DNA of 64,000 bases. Origin: an uncultured delta proteobacterium. GTDB lineage: Bacteria > Desulfobacterota > BSN033 > UBA1163. Shown here in pieces: positions 46,931 through 56,437 of the stretch; the first letter of the stretch is position 1; each line of letters opens with the position of its first letter. A program made the position numbers and the translations under genes. The DNA is taken from NCBI GenBank assembly GCA_963708295.1, contig CAVPSJ010000017.1, positions 320,001 to 384,000 on the forward strand, written 5' to 3'. The notes under the pieces are model-generated. The model worked only from the letters and a program-made list of their open reading frames with translations. It ran no database searches and was not told the DNA's origin.

Positions 46931-47806
46931 CTAACGGGAGCTGGACAAAGATGAAACTTCCTGGATGAAGCTGTCAGGATAATTCTTGAGACTCTTATTG
47001 TTTTTCAAGAACTGGGCTGCTTCATTTGTATCCATAAACTGTCCCACAAAGACTTTGTATAAAGGTCCCCTCTTCTTGCTTTTCGATTCAATCCAATAGG
47101 CATCCAGCCCTTCCTTCTTAAGGACTCCCACAAGGTCGCGAACGTTTTCCATCTCCCGGAATGATCCGATCTGCACAGCATAAAATTTCCCCTGCGGAGC
47201 AGGTTTATCGGGTTTCAGATTTTCTTGAGGAATGGGTTTTGCTTTTTCTGCTCCTTCGAGAGGGCTCTTCACGGCAACGGATTCAGAAAGGGGTTTAGGC
47301 GGAGCTAAGGGGGCAGCCACCGTGGGGGGGGGTGAGGGTACCGGGGGAGTGACGGCAGAGGGGGGCGGGAGCGTCGCTTCGGAGGGTGCGGCGGTCGAAG
47401 GGGCTGGAGTGGCTTTAGGAGGGACAACCGCAGGGGGTTTACGAGGCGCGGGACGCGAGGAGACCGTTTGCTGCTGGCCCTCCCCTATTTTTAAAAGCTG
47501 GAGGATGGCCATCGGCTTCCAGAAAGTCATCCCCAAAACCAAGGCAAGTAGGATGCCAATCCCCCCTAGGATCATCGGGCGGTAAGATCTGTTTTTGTTA
47601 CGCCCTGATTTTTTCTTGGTTGGTTTTTCCGGGACCACCCGGGTCCCCGCCGTGGAGGATGAATCGGGTTCTACGATGGGTAAGGTTTCTGTTGCTTCCT
47701 CTTTTTCGATGTCCGCAACACGCTGATACATCGCATCGAGCTCATCGAATAGTTCTTCTTCCGGGATGGGCTTGTCTTTCTTTTTCGTATCCTGATCATT
47801 TTCCAT
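46931..47806 (-). CDS. Bitopic membrane protein with a C-terminal SPOR domain
   Basis: Acidic N-terminus, single TM, Pro-rich linker, YAVQIGSFRE...YKVFVGQF. Confidence 0.85.
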   Translation of the reverse strand: MENDQDTKKKDKPIPEEELFDELDAMYQRVADIEKEEATETLPIVEPDSSSTAGTRVVPEKPTKKKSGRNKNRSYRPMILGGIGILLALVLGMTFWKPMAILQLLKIGEGQQQTVSSRPAPRKPPAVVPPKATPAPSTAAPSEATLPPPSAVTPPVPSPPPTVAAPLAPPKPLSESVAVKSPLEGAEKAKPIPQENLKPDKPAPQGKFYAVQIGSFREMENVRDLVGVLKKEGLDAYWIESKSKKRGPLYKVFVGQFMDTNEAAQFLKNNKSLKNYPDSFIQEVSSLSSSR

Positions 47807-47836
47807 GGGATGGCTCCGCGCTTTCTTCGTTGTTTT

Positions 47837-48475
47837 TTAGTTGTCCATTCTTTTTAGATAACGACTTGCCACCATATCCGCATCCAATCCTATATATTGT
47901 GCATAGGCCCTTACGAAACCCTTGAGGAATATCCTGGAAGGCGGCTTTTCAAACCGGTCTTCCTCGATGGCTCGTAAATAAGCCATCCGGACCTTCACCG
48001 TTTCTGCGATCTCTTCAAGCGAGACCCCCAACTCATCCCTGATTTTTTTCAAATCGCCTCCTGAGAAGACCTCGTGGGAGAGAATCTCTTGAATCACAGC
48101 GTTTGAAGAGACCATCGTCTTCAATCGGTCCCTTATCCTTAAGGCCGTATCGGCGCCGGGACGTTTCGGTTGGGGTAAAAGGCTTAACTTTTTCCGCTCC
48201 CGCTGATATTGCCTCTCCTCGTCAAGGACACCCCGTTCGATGAGCAACTGATCATACTGGGACCTTTTCTTTTCGTCCATCAGGGTCGAATACGCCTCGT
48301 TCAGTTTCGCAAGGATTTCTTCTCGTTCTTTTCGGGAGAAAAAAGAATAGCTTGCCAGAGAATCCTCATGGTAGAGTTGAAACATCTCTTTATAGGCGTG
48401 ATGGACCTCAAAAGGGGAGGCATCGGAGGCGACCTCCAAAAGTTCATAGAAGTTTAGCGCATCGATTTTCTTCAT
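47837..48475 (-). CDS. J-domain-like plus RodZ-type HTH protein
   Basis: NFYELLEV..DAS...AY...AYSTLMD..KR..YD; then GGDLKKIRDELGVSLEEI...LRAIEED.F...KGFVRAYA. Confidence 0.8.
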   Translation of the reverse strand: MKKIDALNFYELLEVASDASPFEVHHAYKEMFQLYHEDSLASYSFFSRKEREEILAKLNEAYSTLMDEKKRSQYDQLLIERGVLDEERQYQRERKKLSLLPQPKRPGADTALRIRDRLKTMVSSNAVIQEILSHEVFSGGDLKKIRDELGVSLEEIAETVKVRMAYLRAIEEDRFEKPPSRIFLKGFVRAYAQYIGLDADMVASRYLKRMDN

Positions 48476-48498
48476 ACCGTATTATGCAAAACCGGGAC

Positions 48499-49413
48499 TC
48501 ATAAAGCCACGGCTTGCTCGTCTAGGATGCCCGTGACGCCTTTGAGGACGAGTCGAAGATCCAAAGCGGCCTGGGAGTACGAATATTTTTCGACAAAGGA
48601 CTCTCGCCGGCACACCGCCTCGTGGACGCGGTCATCAAAGCTGACATTGCCCAAGAATTGAATTCTCATGCCGAGGTGTTTCTCCACAATCCTACAAATC
48701 AGCGCCCCGATCTTCGGATTGTCCTGCCGTCTTACCTGATTCAGAACCAACTTAAAGTGGAAGGCTTTCAAAATTCTTTCGATGTTGCTGCCTTCTTCCG
48801 GATCCATCTCTTTCAAAATATCAAGGAGGTATTCCGGATGGTGGATGATGATATCTTCGTTCTGCGCTTCTGCTTTCTCTGCCAAACTCCTGAAACGCTC
48901 AGCTTTAAGGACCTGGCGGATCTTACGAACATAAACGGTGCGAACGAGCCGATAAATATTTTCGATCGAGGTGGGTTCCGGAATGCATACAAAAATTCCA
49001 GAGTCCGACAGCGTAAAAAAATCGATGGTATTGAAAGAAGTCCCTGTGCCAAGGTCGAGCAGGATATAGTCATAGGCCAGTCTCGATATGGCACGGAGTG
49101 TTTTCATCTTCTGCTCATGAGCCAGATTGGCGATATCCAGCTTATTCTTGGCTCCGCTAATCAAGAAAAGATTATGAACGGGCATTTCGAGGACGGTTTC
49201 CTGAAGGGTCGACACTTTCTTATTGAGAAAATCAGATAGGCTGATCGCCGGATTAGACAGACCGACGATTGTGTGAAGGTTGGGTCCACCGAGGTCGGCA
49301 TCGATCAGGAGGGTCTTAAATCCTTGCTTGGCCAATAGAATGCCGATATTACCGGTAAAAAAACTCTTACCAGTTCCTCCCTTTCCTCCTCCGATAGGCC
49401 AGATATGTGGCAT
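48499..49413 (-). CDS. MinD/FlhG-family P-loop ATPase
   Basis: GGGKGGTGKS, IDADLGGPNLH, LLDLGTG, PEPTSIEN.Y. Confidence 0.85.
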   Translation of the reverse strand: MPHIWPIGGGKGGTGKSFFTGNIGILLAKQGFKTLLIDADLGGPNLHTIVGLSNPAISLSDFLNKKVSTLQETVLEMPVHNLFLISGAKNKLDIANLAHEQKMKTLRAISRLAYDYILLDLGTGTSFNTIDFFTLSDSGIFVCIPEPTSIENIYRLVRTVYVRKIRQVLKAERFRSLAEKAEAQNEDIIIHHPEYLLDILKEMDPEEGSNIERILKAFHFKLVLNQVRRQDNPKIGALICRIVEKHLGMRIQFLGNVSFDDRVHEAVCRRESFVEKYSYSQAALDLRLVLKGVTGILDEQAVAL

Positions 49414-49809
49414 AAAGTTCGAACGATCCCAATATTATTAATTATTCAAGCTTAGATCATTATAGCACAATCATGTGATACTTGCGGCATAGGAACGCTT
49501 CATCCCTCTATCGTTCCACACCTTTTTGTGCCAAAAATTGGCAACGAACGATACCACGGATGGAGCTTTTTAGATCTTACTCCCCCTATTTGGTAAATTA
49601 ATCTACACTCCTGAGCGATTCTTGTCAATTATTCTTCAGAAAAAATTTCGCACCCACATGGCTTGCCTCAGCGTTAACCCTGAGCCTTCGACCCGAGTTC
49701 AAGCGAGGGGGCCGGCCCCCGCAGCTTTGGAATGCATTGCTCAGAGGCGTGGATTCAGGAGGCGATTCTGCCCACGGAGAAGAAATGAGAGGTAAGTTGG
49801 AGCCCAGGG

Positions 49810-49838
49810 TTGACGAAAACGGCCGTAAGTAGTATAAA
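49810..49838 (+). promoter_or_regulatory. Sigma70 promoter for glmU-glmS
   Basis: TTGACG-17-TATAAA. Confidence 0.65.
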
Positions 49839-49869
49839 AAGCCTAAAATTCATCTAAGAGGATAGAAAA

Positions 49870-51276
49870 TTGGGGGGGGTTGCTACCATCATTCTTGCGG
49901 CAGGAAAAGGGACTCGGATGAAGTCAGAAGTGGTAAAAGTCCTTCATCCCATCCTGGGACTCCCGATGCTCTCTTATCCCGTCGCCCTCTCCTTGAACGG
50001 GATCAAGGCCGAGAAGACGATCGTCGTGGTAGGCTTCCAGGCGGATCAAATCAAAGAGATGTTTAGGAGCCCTCAGATTCAGTTTGCCCTGCAGGAAGAA
50101 CAGCTGGGCACAGGTCATGCGGCCTTGCAGGCCATCCCGTTTCTAAAGACGTTCACGGGGACGGTTCTCATTCTCTGCGGAGATGTTCCGTTAGTGAAAG
50201 CGGACACCCTCCAGAAATTTATCGGAGCTTTTGAGGAAAGTCATTCCATCCTCTCCGTATTAACCACCGTTGTGGAGCATCCGGTGGGGTACGGTCGGAT
50301 CCTCCGAAGTCCGGAGGGCTGGCTTGAGAAGATTGTGGAGGAGAAGGATGCCTCTGAAAGGGAAAGATCCATCCGAGAGATTAATACAGGAATCTATTGT
50401 GTGAAAGCTCCTTTTTTGATTGACGGCTTGAGAGAGATCGGAAAGGATAACGCTCAAGGCGAATATTATCTGACGGACCTGGTGGAGATTGCAAAGCAGA
50501 AAGGTTTAAAATGTTCCGCTCATGTCGTTTCTGATCCGGTGGAGGTGATGGGGATCAATACACGGGTCGATCTTGCCATGGCCAACGAAGTCCTCCGGCT
50601 GGCAAAATTAAGGGATCTGATGCTATCGGGTGTCACGATGGTGGACCCCAAGACCACTTATGTCGATCAAACCGTTGACGTGGGAAAAGACACCCTGCTC
50701 TATCCGAACTGTCATCTGCAAGGAAGGACGAAGATCGGGGAACGGTGTATCATCGAGCCCAACACAAAGATTTCAGATTCGATCGTCGGCAATGGCGTGA
50801 CGATTCGTTCAAATTCGGTGATCACGGAAAGCAAAATTGGAGAGGGGGCTTGCATTGGTCCCTTTTCGCACCTGCGGCCGTTGAGCGAGTTAAAAACCAA
50901 GGCCACGATCGGAAACTTCGTGGAGGTGAAAAAATCGGTCATTGGCAAAGGGTCCAAAGCGAACCACCTTGCCTACATCGGAGATTCAATCGTCGGGGAA
51001 GAGGTCAACATCGGTGCCGGGACCATTACCTGTAACTACGACGGGTTCAAGAAGCATCAGACGATCATCGGCGATCGGGTTTTTGTGGGATCGAACGTAG
51101 AACTCGTGGCGCCTGTCAAGCTGGGAAACGGTTCTACGATTGGTGCGGGTTCTACCGTCACGGAGGATGTTCCGGGAGGGGCCCTGGCGATTAGCCGGAC
51201 GAAGCAGAAGAACATCAAGGGTTGGACTAAGAAGGTAGAGCATCCTCGCAAGAGAATGAAAAGCAAGAGGGGTTGA
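49870..51276 (+). CDS. glmU: Bifunctional UDP-GlcNAc pyrophosphorylase/GlcN-1-P acetyltransferase
   Basis: ILAAGKGTRMKS, QLGTGHA, EINTGIY, EYYLTD, GNFVEVK, NHLAYIGD, ITCNYDG. Confidence 0.97.
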   Translation: MGGVATIILAAGKGTRMKSEVVKVLHPILGLPMLSYPVALSLNGIKAEKTIVVVGFQADQIKEMFRSPQIQFALQEEQLGTGHAALQAIPFLKTFTGTVLILCGDVPLVKADTLQKFIGAFEESHSILSVLTTVVEHPVGYGRILRSPEGWLEKIVEEKDASERERSIREINTGIYCVKAPFLIDGLREIGKDNAQGEYYLTDLVEIAKQKGLKCSAHVVSDPVEVMGINTRVDLAMANEVLRLAKLRDLMLSGVTMVDPKTTYVDQTVDVGKDTLLYPNCHLQGRTKIGERCIIEPNTKISDSIVGNGVTIRSNSVITESKIGEGACIGPFSHLRPLSELKTKATIGNFVEVKKSVIGKGSKANHLAYIGDSIVGEEVNIGAGTITCNYDGFKKHQTIIGDRVFVGSNVELVAPVKLGNGSTIGAGSTVTEDVPGGALAISRTKQKNIKGWTKKVEHPRKRMKSKRG

Positions 51277-51279
51277 GAG

Positions 51280-53109
51280 ATGTGTGGCATTGTTGGATAT
51301 ATCGGTCCCAGGGAGACGGCAAGGGTTCTTATTGATGGGCTCAGACGGCTCGAATATCGAGGCTATGACTCTGCAGGCATCGCGGTCTTCCACCGAGGCA
51401 AGATCGAGATCCGTAGAAAAGAAGGGAAATTAGCAAAGTTAGAGGAGTTCATCGGGAAAGAAACCTTTGACGGGAAGGTAGGGATCGGTCATACGCGATG
51501 GGCGACCCATGGAAGGCCATCCGACGAGAATGCCCATCCTCATAAGGCAGGCAAGGTCGCTGTCGTCCATAATGGCATCATCGAAAACTATCTTGCCCTC
51601 AAAGAAATTCTCAAGGGCAAGGGTCATGTTTTCACTTCTGAAACAGATACGGAGATCATTTCCCATCTGATCGACGAACTCCTTCAGCAGGGATATTCTT
51701 CCTTGGAAGCAGTGAGGATCGCATTGGATAAGATTAAAGGCTCTTATGCATTGGGCATCCTTCTTGAAGGAGAGGAACAATCTTTGATCGCCGCCCGCAA
51801 GGAGAGTCCCCTGGTGATCGGCCTCGGAAAGGGAGAATATTTTGTCGCCTCGGACATCCCTCCGGTTCTTCCCTATACCCGAGAGTTTATTTTTATGGAA
51901 GACGGCGAAGTGGCACTTCTTTCCTCTCAGGGAGTGAAATTCTTCAATGCCAAAGGAGGCGAAATCTCGAAAGAACCGAAGCAAGTGAACTGGAATCCCT
52001 TGATGGCAGAGAAGGGTGGGTATAAACATTTCATGCTCAAGGAGATCTTCGAACAGCCCAGGGCGGTGATCGATACGATCCGGGGCCGGATCTCAGAGGA
52101 GAAGGGCGATGCCGTTCTCGAAAACGTCCACTTTGATCCAACGTTTCTGAAGAAGATGCGGCGGATCAATCTAATTGCTTGTGGCACTTCCTACCATGCT
52201 GCACTTGTAGGAAAGTTCCTCATCGAAGAGTTCTGTCGAATACCGGTGGAGGCGGATATCGGCTCGGAGTTCCGATATCGGAATCCCATTATTGAAAAGG
52301 ATCATTTCCTTGTTGCCATTTCCCAATCTGGAGAGACAGCAGATACCCTGGCTGCTTTGAGAGAAGCGAAACGAAAAGGAGCAATGACCTTAGCCATCTG
52401 CAATGTGGTGGAGTCAAGCCTGGCAAGAGAGGCGGACCATGTGATCTACACCCACGCAGGCCCTGAAATTGGCGTAGCCTCCACCAAGGCCTTTACCACT
52501 CAATTGGTGATCCTCTTCCTTCTTGCCCTTCGGATGGGGAGAGAACTGGGCCTGCTTTCGAGCGAGGCAGGGAAGACCTTGGTCGAGGAATTGGTCAAGG
52601 TTCCACACCTCATGGAAGAATTCCTGAAAACATCCCACCAAGTGGAAAAGATCGCCAGAAAATACCTCCATGCGAGAGATTTTCTCTATCTCGGGAGAGG
52701 GATCAACTACCCCATTGCCTTGGAAGGGGCGTTAAAATTGAAGGAGATCTCTTATGTCCATGCAGAAGGTTATCCGGCGGGTGAGATGAAGCACGGGCCC
52801 ATTGCCTTGATCGACCGGGATATGCCGGTCGTCGTCCTCGCCACGAAGAACGATGTCTATGAGAAAGTGATCTCCAATATCGAAGAGGTCAGGGCAAGAG
52901 AAGGCAAGATTATTGCCCTTGTTTCTCCCTCCGATCGAGAGATCGTCAAAAAGGTGGATGATGTGATCTTCATCCCCGAGACACTTCCTTCTCTCACCCC
53001 CATTCTCCTCACTCCTCCTCTTCAACTCCTGGCCTACTATATGGCTGACTTCAAGGGCACGGACGTGGATCAGCCGCGAAACCTGGCCAAGAGCGTGACC
53101 GTGGAATAA
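51280..53109 (+). CDS. glmS: Glutamine--fructose-6-phosphate transaminase
   Basis: [46 protein letters not shown]. Confidence 0.98.
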   Translation: MCGIVGYIGPRETARVLIDGLRRLEYRGYDSAGIAVFHRGKIEIRRKEGKLAKLEEFIGKETFDGKVGIGHTRWATHGRPSDENAHPHKAGKVAVVHNGIIENYLALKEILKGKGHVFTSETDTEIISHLIDELLQQGYSSLEAVRIALDKIKGSYALGILLEGEEQSLIAARKESPLVIGLGKGEYFVASDIPPVLPYTREFIFMEDGEVALLSSQGVKFFNAKGGEISKEPKQVNWNPLMAEKGGYKHFMLKEIFEQPRAVIDTIRGRISEEKGDAVLENVHFDPTFLKKMRRINLIACGTSYHAALVGKFLIEEFCRIPVEADIGSEFRYRNPIIEKDHFLVAISQSGETADTLAALREAKRKGAMTLAICNVVESSLAREADHVIYTHAGPEIGVASTKAFTTQLVILFLLALRMGRELGLLSSEAGKTLVEELVKVPHLMEEFLKTSHQVEKIARKYLHARDFLYLGRGINYPIALEGALKLKEISYVHAEGYPAGEMKHGPIALIDRDMPVVVLATKNDVYEKVISNIEEVRAREGKIIALVSPSDREIVKKVDDVIFIPETLPSLTPILLTPPLQLLAYYMADFKGTDVDQPRNLAKSVTVE

Positions 53110-53290
53110 CCGGGCGAAGGTTGAGGTTCAGGGTTAGGTTGAGAGAGGAACAAAGTTCTCAAACATCATTATCCACAAGAATACTTTCCAAATTTTTCAA
53201 ATTTTACTCAACCTTAACCTCATCCTAAACCTATTCTTTAGGAATTCATTTGACATTTGGATTTTGAAATTTGACATTTATTGATTGCCA

Positions 53291-55525
53291 ATGTCTCTCC
53301 TCGACGATCTCAACCCAGTTCAACAGAAGGCGGTCTTAGAAACCGAGGGGCCGTTGCTTGTCTTCGCGGGCGCGGGGAGCGGAAAAACCCGAGTTCTGAC
53401 CTACCGGATTGCTTATCTCATCCAGGAAAAAAGAGTCCACCCCCGGAATATCTTTGCGGTCACCTTCACCAACAAAGCGGCCGATGAGATGCGGGAAAGG
53501 GTGGAAAGACTTCTTGGAGCATCGGCCCGAGGGACCTGGATCTCCACCTTTCATTCCGCCTGTGCCCGAATTTTGAGGCAGCATATTGAGCACCTTGGTT
53601 TTAAAAGGAATTTTGCGATTTATGATGATCAGGATCAGGAGCGGCACCTCAAGACGATCATGAAGGAATTGAACCTCGACTTCAAGATGTTTCCTCCCCG
53701 GGCCATTCAATCCGGGCTGGATCACTTGAAAAACGAGGGGGTCACGCCGGAACGATATTCTCCAAACCCCTATAATATCTTCCAAAAGAGACTGGCCCTG
53801 GTTTATCAGCGTTATCAAGAGGATCTTCATAGAAACAACGCGCTCGACTTTGGAGACCTTCTCTCCTTTGTGGCGATTCTTTTCAGGCGCTTTCCGGAAG
53901 TTCTCAGGTCTTATCAAGACCTCTGCCGTTATGTGATGGTGGATGAGTTTCAGGATACCAACCTCATCCAGTATCAACTCGTCCGGCAGATCGTCGAGAC
54001 GCATCGGAATCTCTTTGTGGTCGGAGACGATGATCAGGCCATCTACCGCTGGAGAGGCGCACAGGTAGGAAACATTCTGAATTTTGAAAAGGACTTTCCC
54101 GAGGCAAACGTCATCACGCTGGAGCAGAATTATCGCTCGACCCAGAATATTCTTCAGGCGGCCAACCATGTGGTCCGGAAAAACCGCTATCGAAAGGAGA
54201 AGAAACTCTGGACGGAGAATCCGGGAGGGGACCTCCTCACCTTTTACGTGGCCGAGGACGAAACGGATGAAGCCCGTTTCGTCGCTCGAAAAATCATGGA
54301 CCTGTCCAGAGAAAAATCCGTCGGGTCTTATCGCGACGTCGCTGTCTTCTACCGGATCAATGCCCAGTCTCGGGCGATTGAGGATGAGCTCGTTAAGAAT
54401 CGGATTCCCTATACGATTGTGGGAGGGATGAAGTTTTACGAACGGAAAGAGATTAAGGACGTCCTGGCCTACCTGAAATTGATTGATAACCCCGCAGACG
54501 GTCTCAGTCTGAAACGAATCATCAATGTCCCTCCGAGAGGAATCGGAGAGAAGACCCTCGAGAAGATAGAAGCCTTCTCGAGGGAGAGAAAGCTTCCCCT
54601 CTATGAAGGGTTGAAACTGGCCATCGGAGAAGATTGGCTGCCCCCTGCCGCCGCGACGAAAATGAAGGAGTTTGTCCTATGGGTCGAAGGGGTCCGGAAA
54701 GAAGCAGGGGTTCTCACCCTCAGCCAACTCACCTTGGCCCTTCTTGCGAAGACGGAGTACCTGCAACGATTAAAAGAAGAAGGAACGGATGCGGCTTTTT
54801 CAAAGATGGAGAATATTGATGAATTGATCAACGTCATGATGGGACTGGAGCAGGGAGAGGAGAAGGTTTCATTAGAAACCTTCCTGGATAAAGTTTCATT
54901 GGTGACGGACGTGGATCTTTATGAGGATAAAGGAAATCGAATTTCTCTCATGACCCTTCATTGCGCAAAGGGACTGGAATTCCCGGCGGTTTTCATCGTT
55001 GGGATCGAAGAAGGGCTTCTCCCGCACTACCGGCGGGGTGAGGAGATTGAAGATATGGAAGAGGAGAGAAGGCTCTTTTATGTAGGGATGACCCGTGCGA
55101 AGGAGAGGCTCTTGCTTTCACGGGCGGAAGAACGGTCCACTTTTGGCGTGGGCCGTGCCAATCTTCCCTCCCGTTTTCTTAGCGAACTCCCGGTCGAAAT
55201 AATGCAGGTCGAAGAGAAGAAGGGGAGAACGGACAGTCTGTTCTCCCAGGAAGTTTCCTGGAGAGAGGAAGATCACAAGACGGAGAGGGTGGCGGAGGAC
55301 ATGCCCGAGGAAATTTCCTTTCCGGAAGGCGGTGGCGTAGTTCTCAGTCCCGAGGGATTTTTTCCGCTTAAAATAGGAATGCGGGTGAGGCATTCGAAAT
55401 TTGGCGAGGGGAGAGTCAAATTCGTCGAGGGCATGGATGAGGATCAAAAGGCGACCATCGTGTTTGGAACCGTGGGCATCAAGCGTCTGAAAGTCTGTGC
55501 TGCTTACCTCGATATCCTCGAATGA
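53291..55525 (+). CDS. pcrA: ATP-dependent DNA helicase PcrA/UvrD
   Basis: AGAGSGKT, VDEFQDTN, VGDDDQAIY.WRGA, LEQNYRST, TLHCAKGLEF, EERRLFYVGMTRA. Confidence 0.93.
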   Translation: MSLLDDLNPVQQKAVLETEGPLLVFAGAGSGKTRVLTYRIAYLIQEKRVHPRNIFAVTFTNKAADEMRERVERLLGASARGTWISTFHSACARILRQHIEHLGFKRNFAIYDDQDQERHLKTIMKELNLDFKMFPPRAIQSGLDHLKNEGVTPERYSPNPYNIFQKRLALVYQRYQEDLHRNNALDFGDLLSFVAILFRRFPEVLRSYQDLCRYVMVDEFQDTNLIQYQLVRQIVETHRNLFVVGDDDQAIYRWRGAQVGNILNFEKDFPEANVITLEQNYRSTQNILQAANHVVRKNRYRKEKKLWTENPGGDLLTFYVAEDETDEARFVARKIMDLSREKSVGSYRDVAVFYRINAQSRAIEDELVKNRIPYTIVGGMKFYERKEIKDVLAYLKLIDNPADGLSLKRIINVPPRGIGEKTLEKIEAFSRERKLPLYEGLKLAIGEDWLPPAAATKMKEFVLWVEGVRKEAGVLTLSQLTLALLAKTEYLQRLKEEGTDAAFSKMENIDELINVMMGLEQGEEKVSLETFLDKVSLVTDVDLYEDKGNRISLMTLHCAKGLEFPAVFIVGIEEGLLPHYRRGEEIEDMEEERRLFYVGMTRAKERLLLSRAEERSTFGVGRANLPSRFLSELPVEIMQVEEKKGRTDSLFSQEVSWREEDHKTERVAEDMPEEISFPEGGGVVLSPEGFFPLKIGMRVRHSKFGEGRVKFVEGMDEDQKATIVFGTVGIKRLKVCAAYLDILE

Positions 55526-55707
55526 GTAAATCCGAAACTCGAATATCGAAGCTCCTGCCTTCGCCGAAGCGGCTTCGCGCAGGCAGGCGAAACAAATTCG
55601 AAATTCAAATTTCAAAACTTTTCCAGGTTTAGAGTTTTTGGAGTTTGGGTGATTTGTGATTGTTTCGGATTTCGTGCTTCTTATTTCGAATTTGATGGTC
55701 AGAGGAG

Positions 55708-56256
55708 GTGGCCGTGAAAACTTACTTTATCTTATCGGCGATGGGGAAGGATCGGCCAGGAATGGTGGCCGATGTTTCAGAAGTGATTTATGAGTGCGGG
55801 GGGAATATCGAAGATTCGAGCATGAGCCTCCTTCGAAACCATTTCGCCCTTCTGCTTCTTTTTTCTACGGAGAGGGAGGAAGTGAATCAGAAGCTTTCTT
55901 CTGCCCTAAAGCGACTCGAATGGGAGAAGAAGTTGACTGTTTTCTATTCTCCGATCACTTACGAGGAGGCTTACCCTAAGTTCAAGGAACAGACCGATCG
56001 GTTCAAGATCGCCACTTCAGGCGTGGATCACGCGGGGATCGTCTTCAGAGTCTGCCAGCTGCTGGCCGAGCGGGGGGTCAACATTGTCGATATGAAGACC
56101 AAACGAGTTCTTTCACCGGAGAGCGGAACCCCTTTCTTCGAAATGGAGACGGAGATTAATGTCCCCAAAACGATTTCGGAACAGGGTTTAAGGGACGACC
56201 TTCACCGTCTGGGCAATGAACTGGTCATCGATTTGGTTCTCAAAAAGGAGATATAG
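55708..56256 (+). CDS. GcvR-like double ACT domain protein
   Basis: GKDRPGMVA...GNIEDSSM; GVDHAGIV...NIVDM. Confidence 0.8.
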   Translation: MAVKTYFILSAMGKDRPGMVADVSEVIYECGGNIEDSSMSLLRNHFALLLLFSTEREEVNQKLSSALKRLEWEKKLTVFYSPITYEEAYPKFKEQTDRFKIATSGVDHAGIVFRVCQLLAERGVNIVDMKTKRVLSPESGTPFFEMETEINVPKTISEQGLRDDLHRLGNELVIDLVLKKEI

Positions 56257-56437
56257 ATCTACTCGATCTTTTGGATTGACAATAGAGGGGATTCTTGCTA
56301 AACGTAATTTCTGCGATTCAGGCTCTCTCGAAATTTAGTTGAACGATCCAATGAAAAAGGAGGTGAAATGCGAGGGAAAGGTGATCGGATTCACCCTGAA
56401 AAATGATGGTGCGACTCTCAAAAAAGGAGGAATGGAG

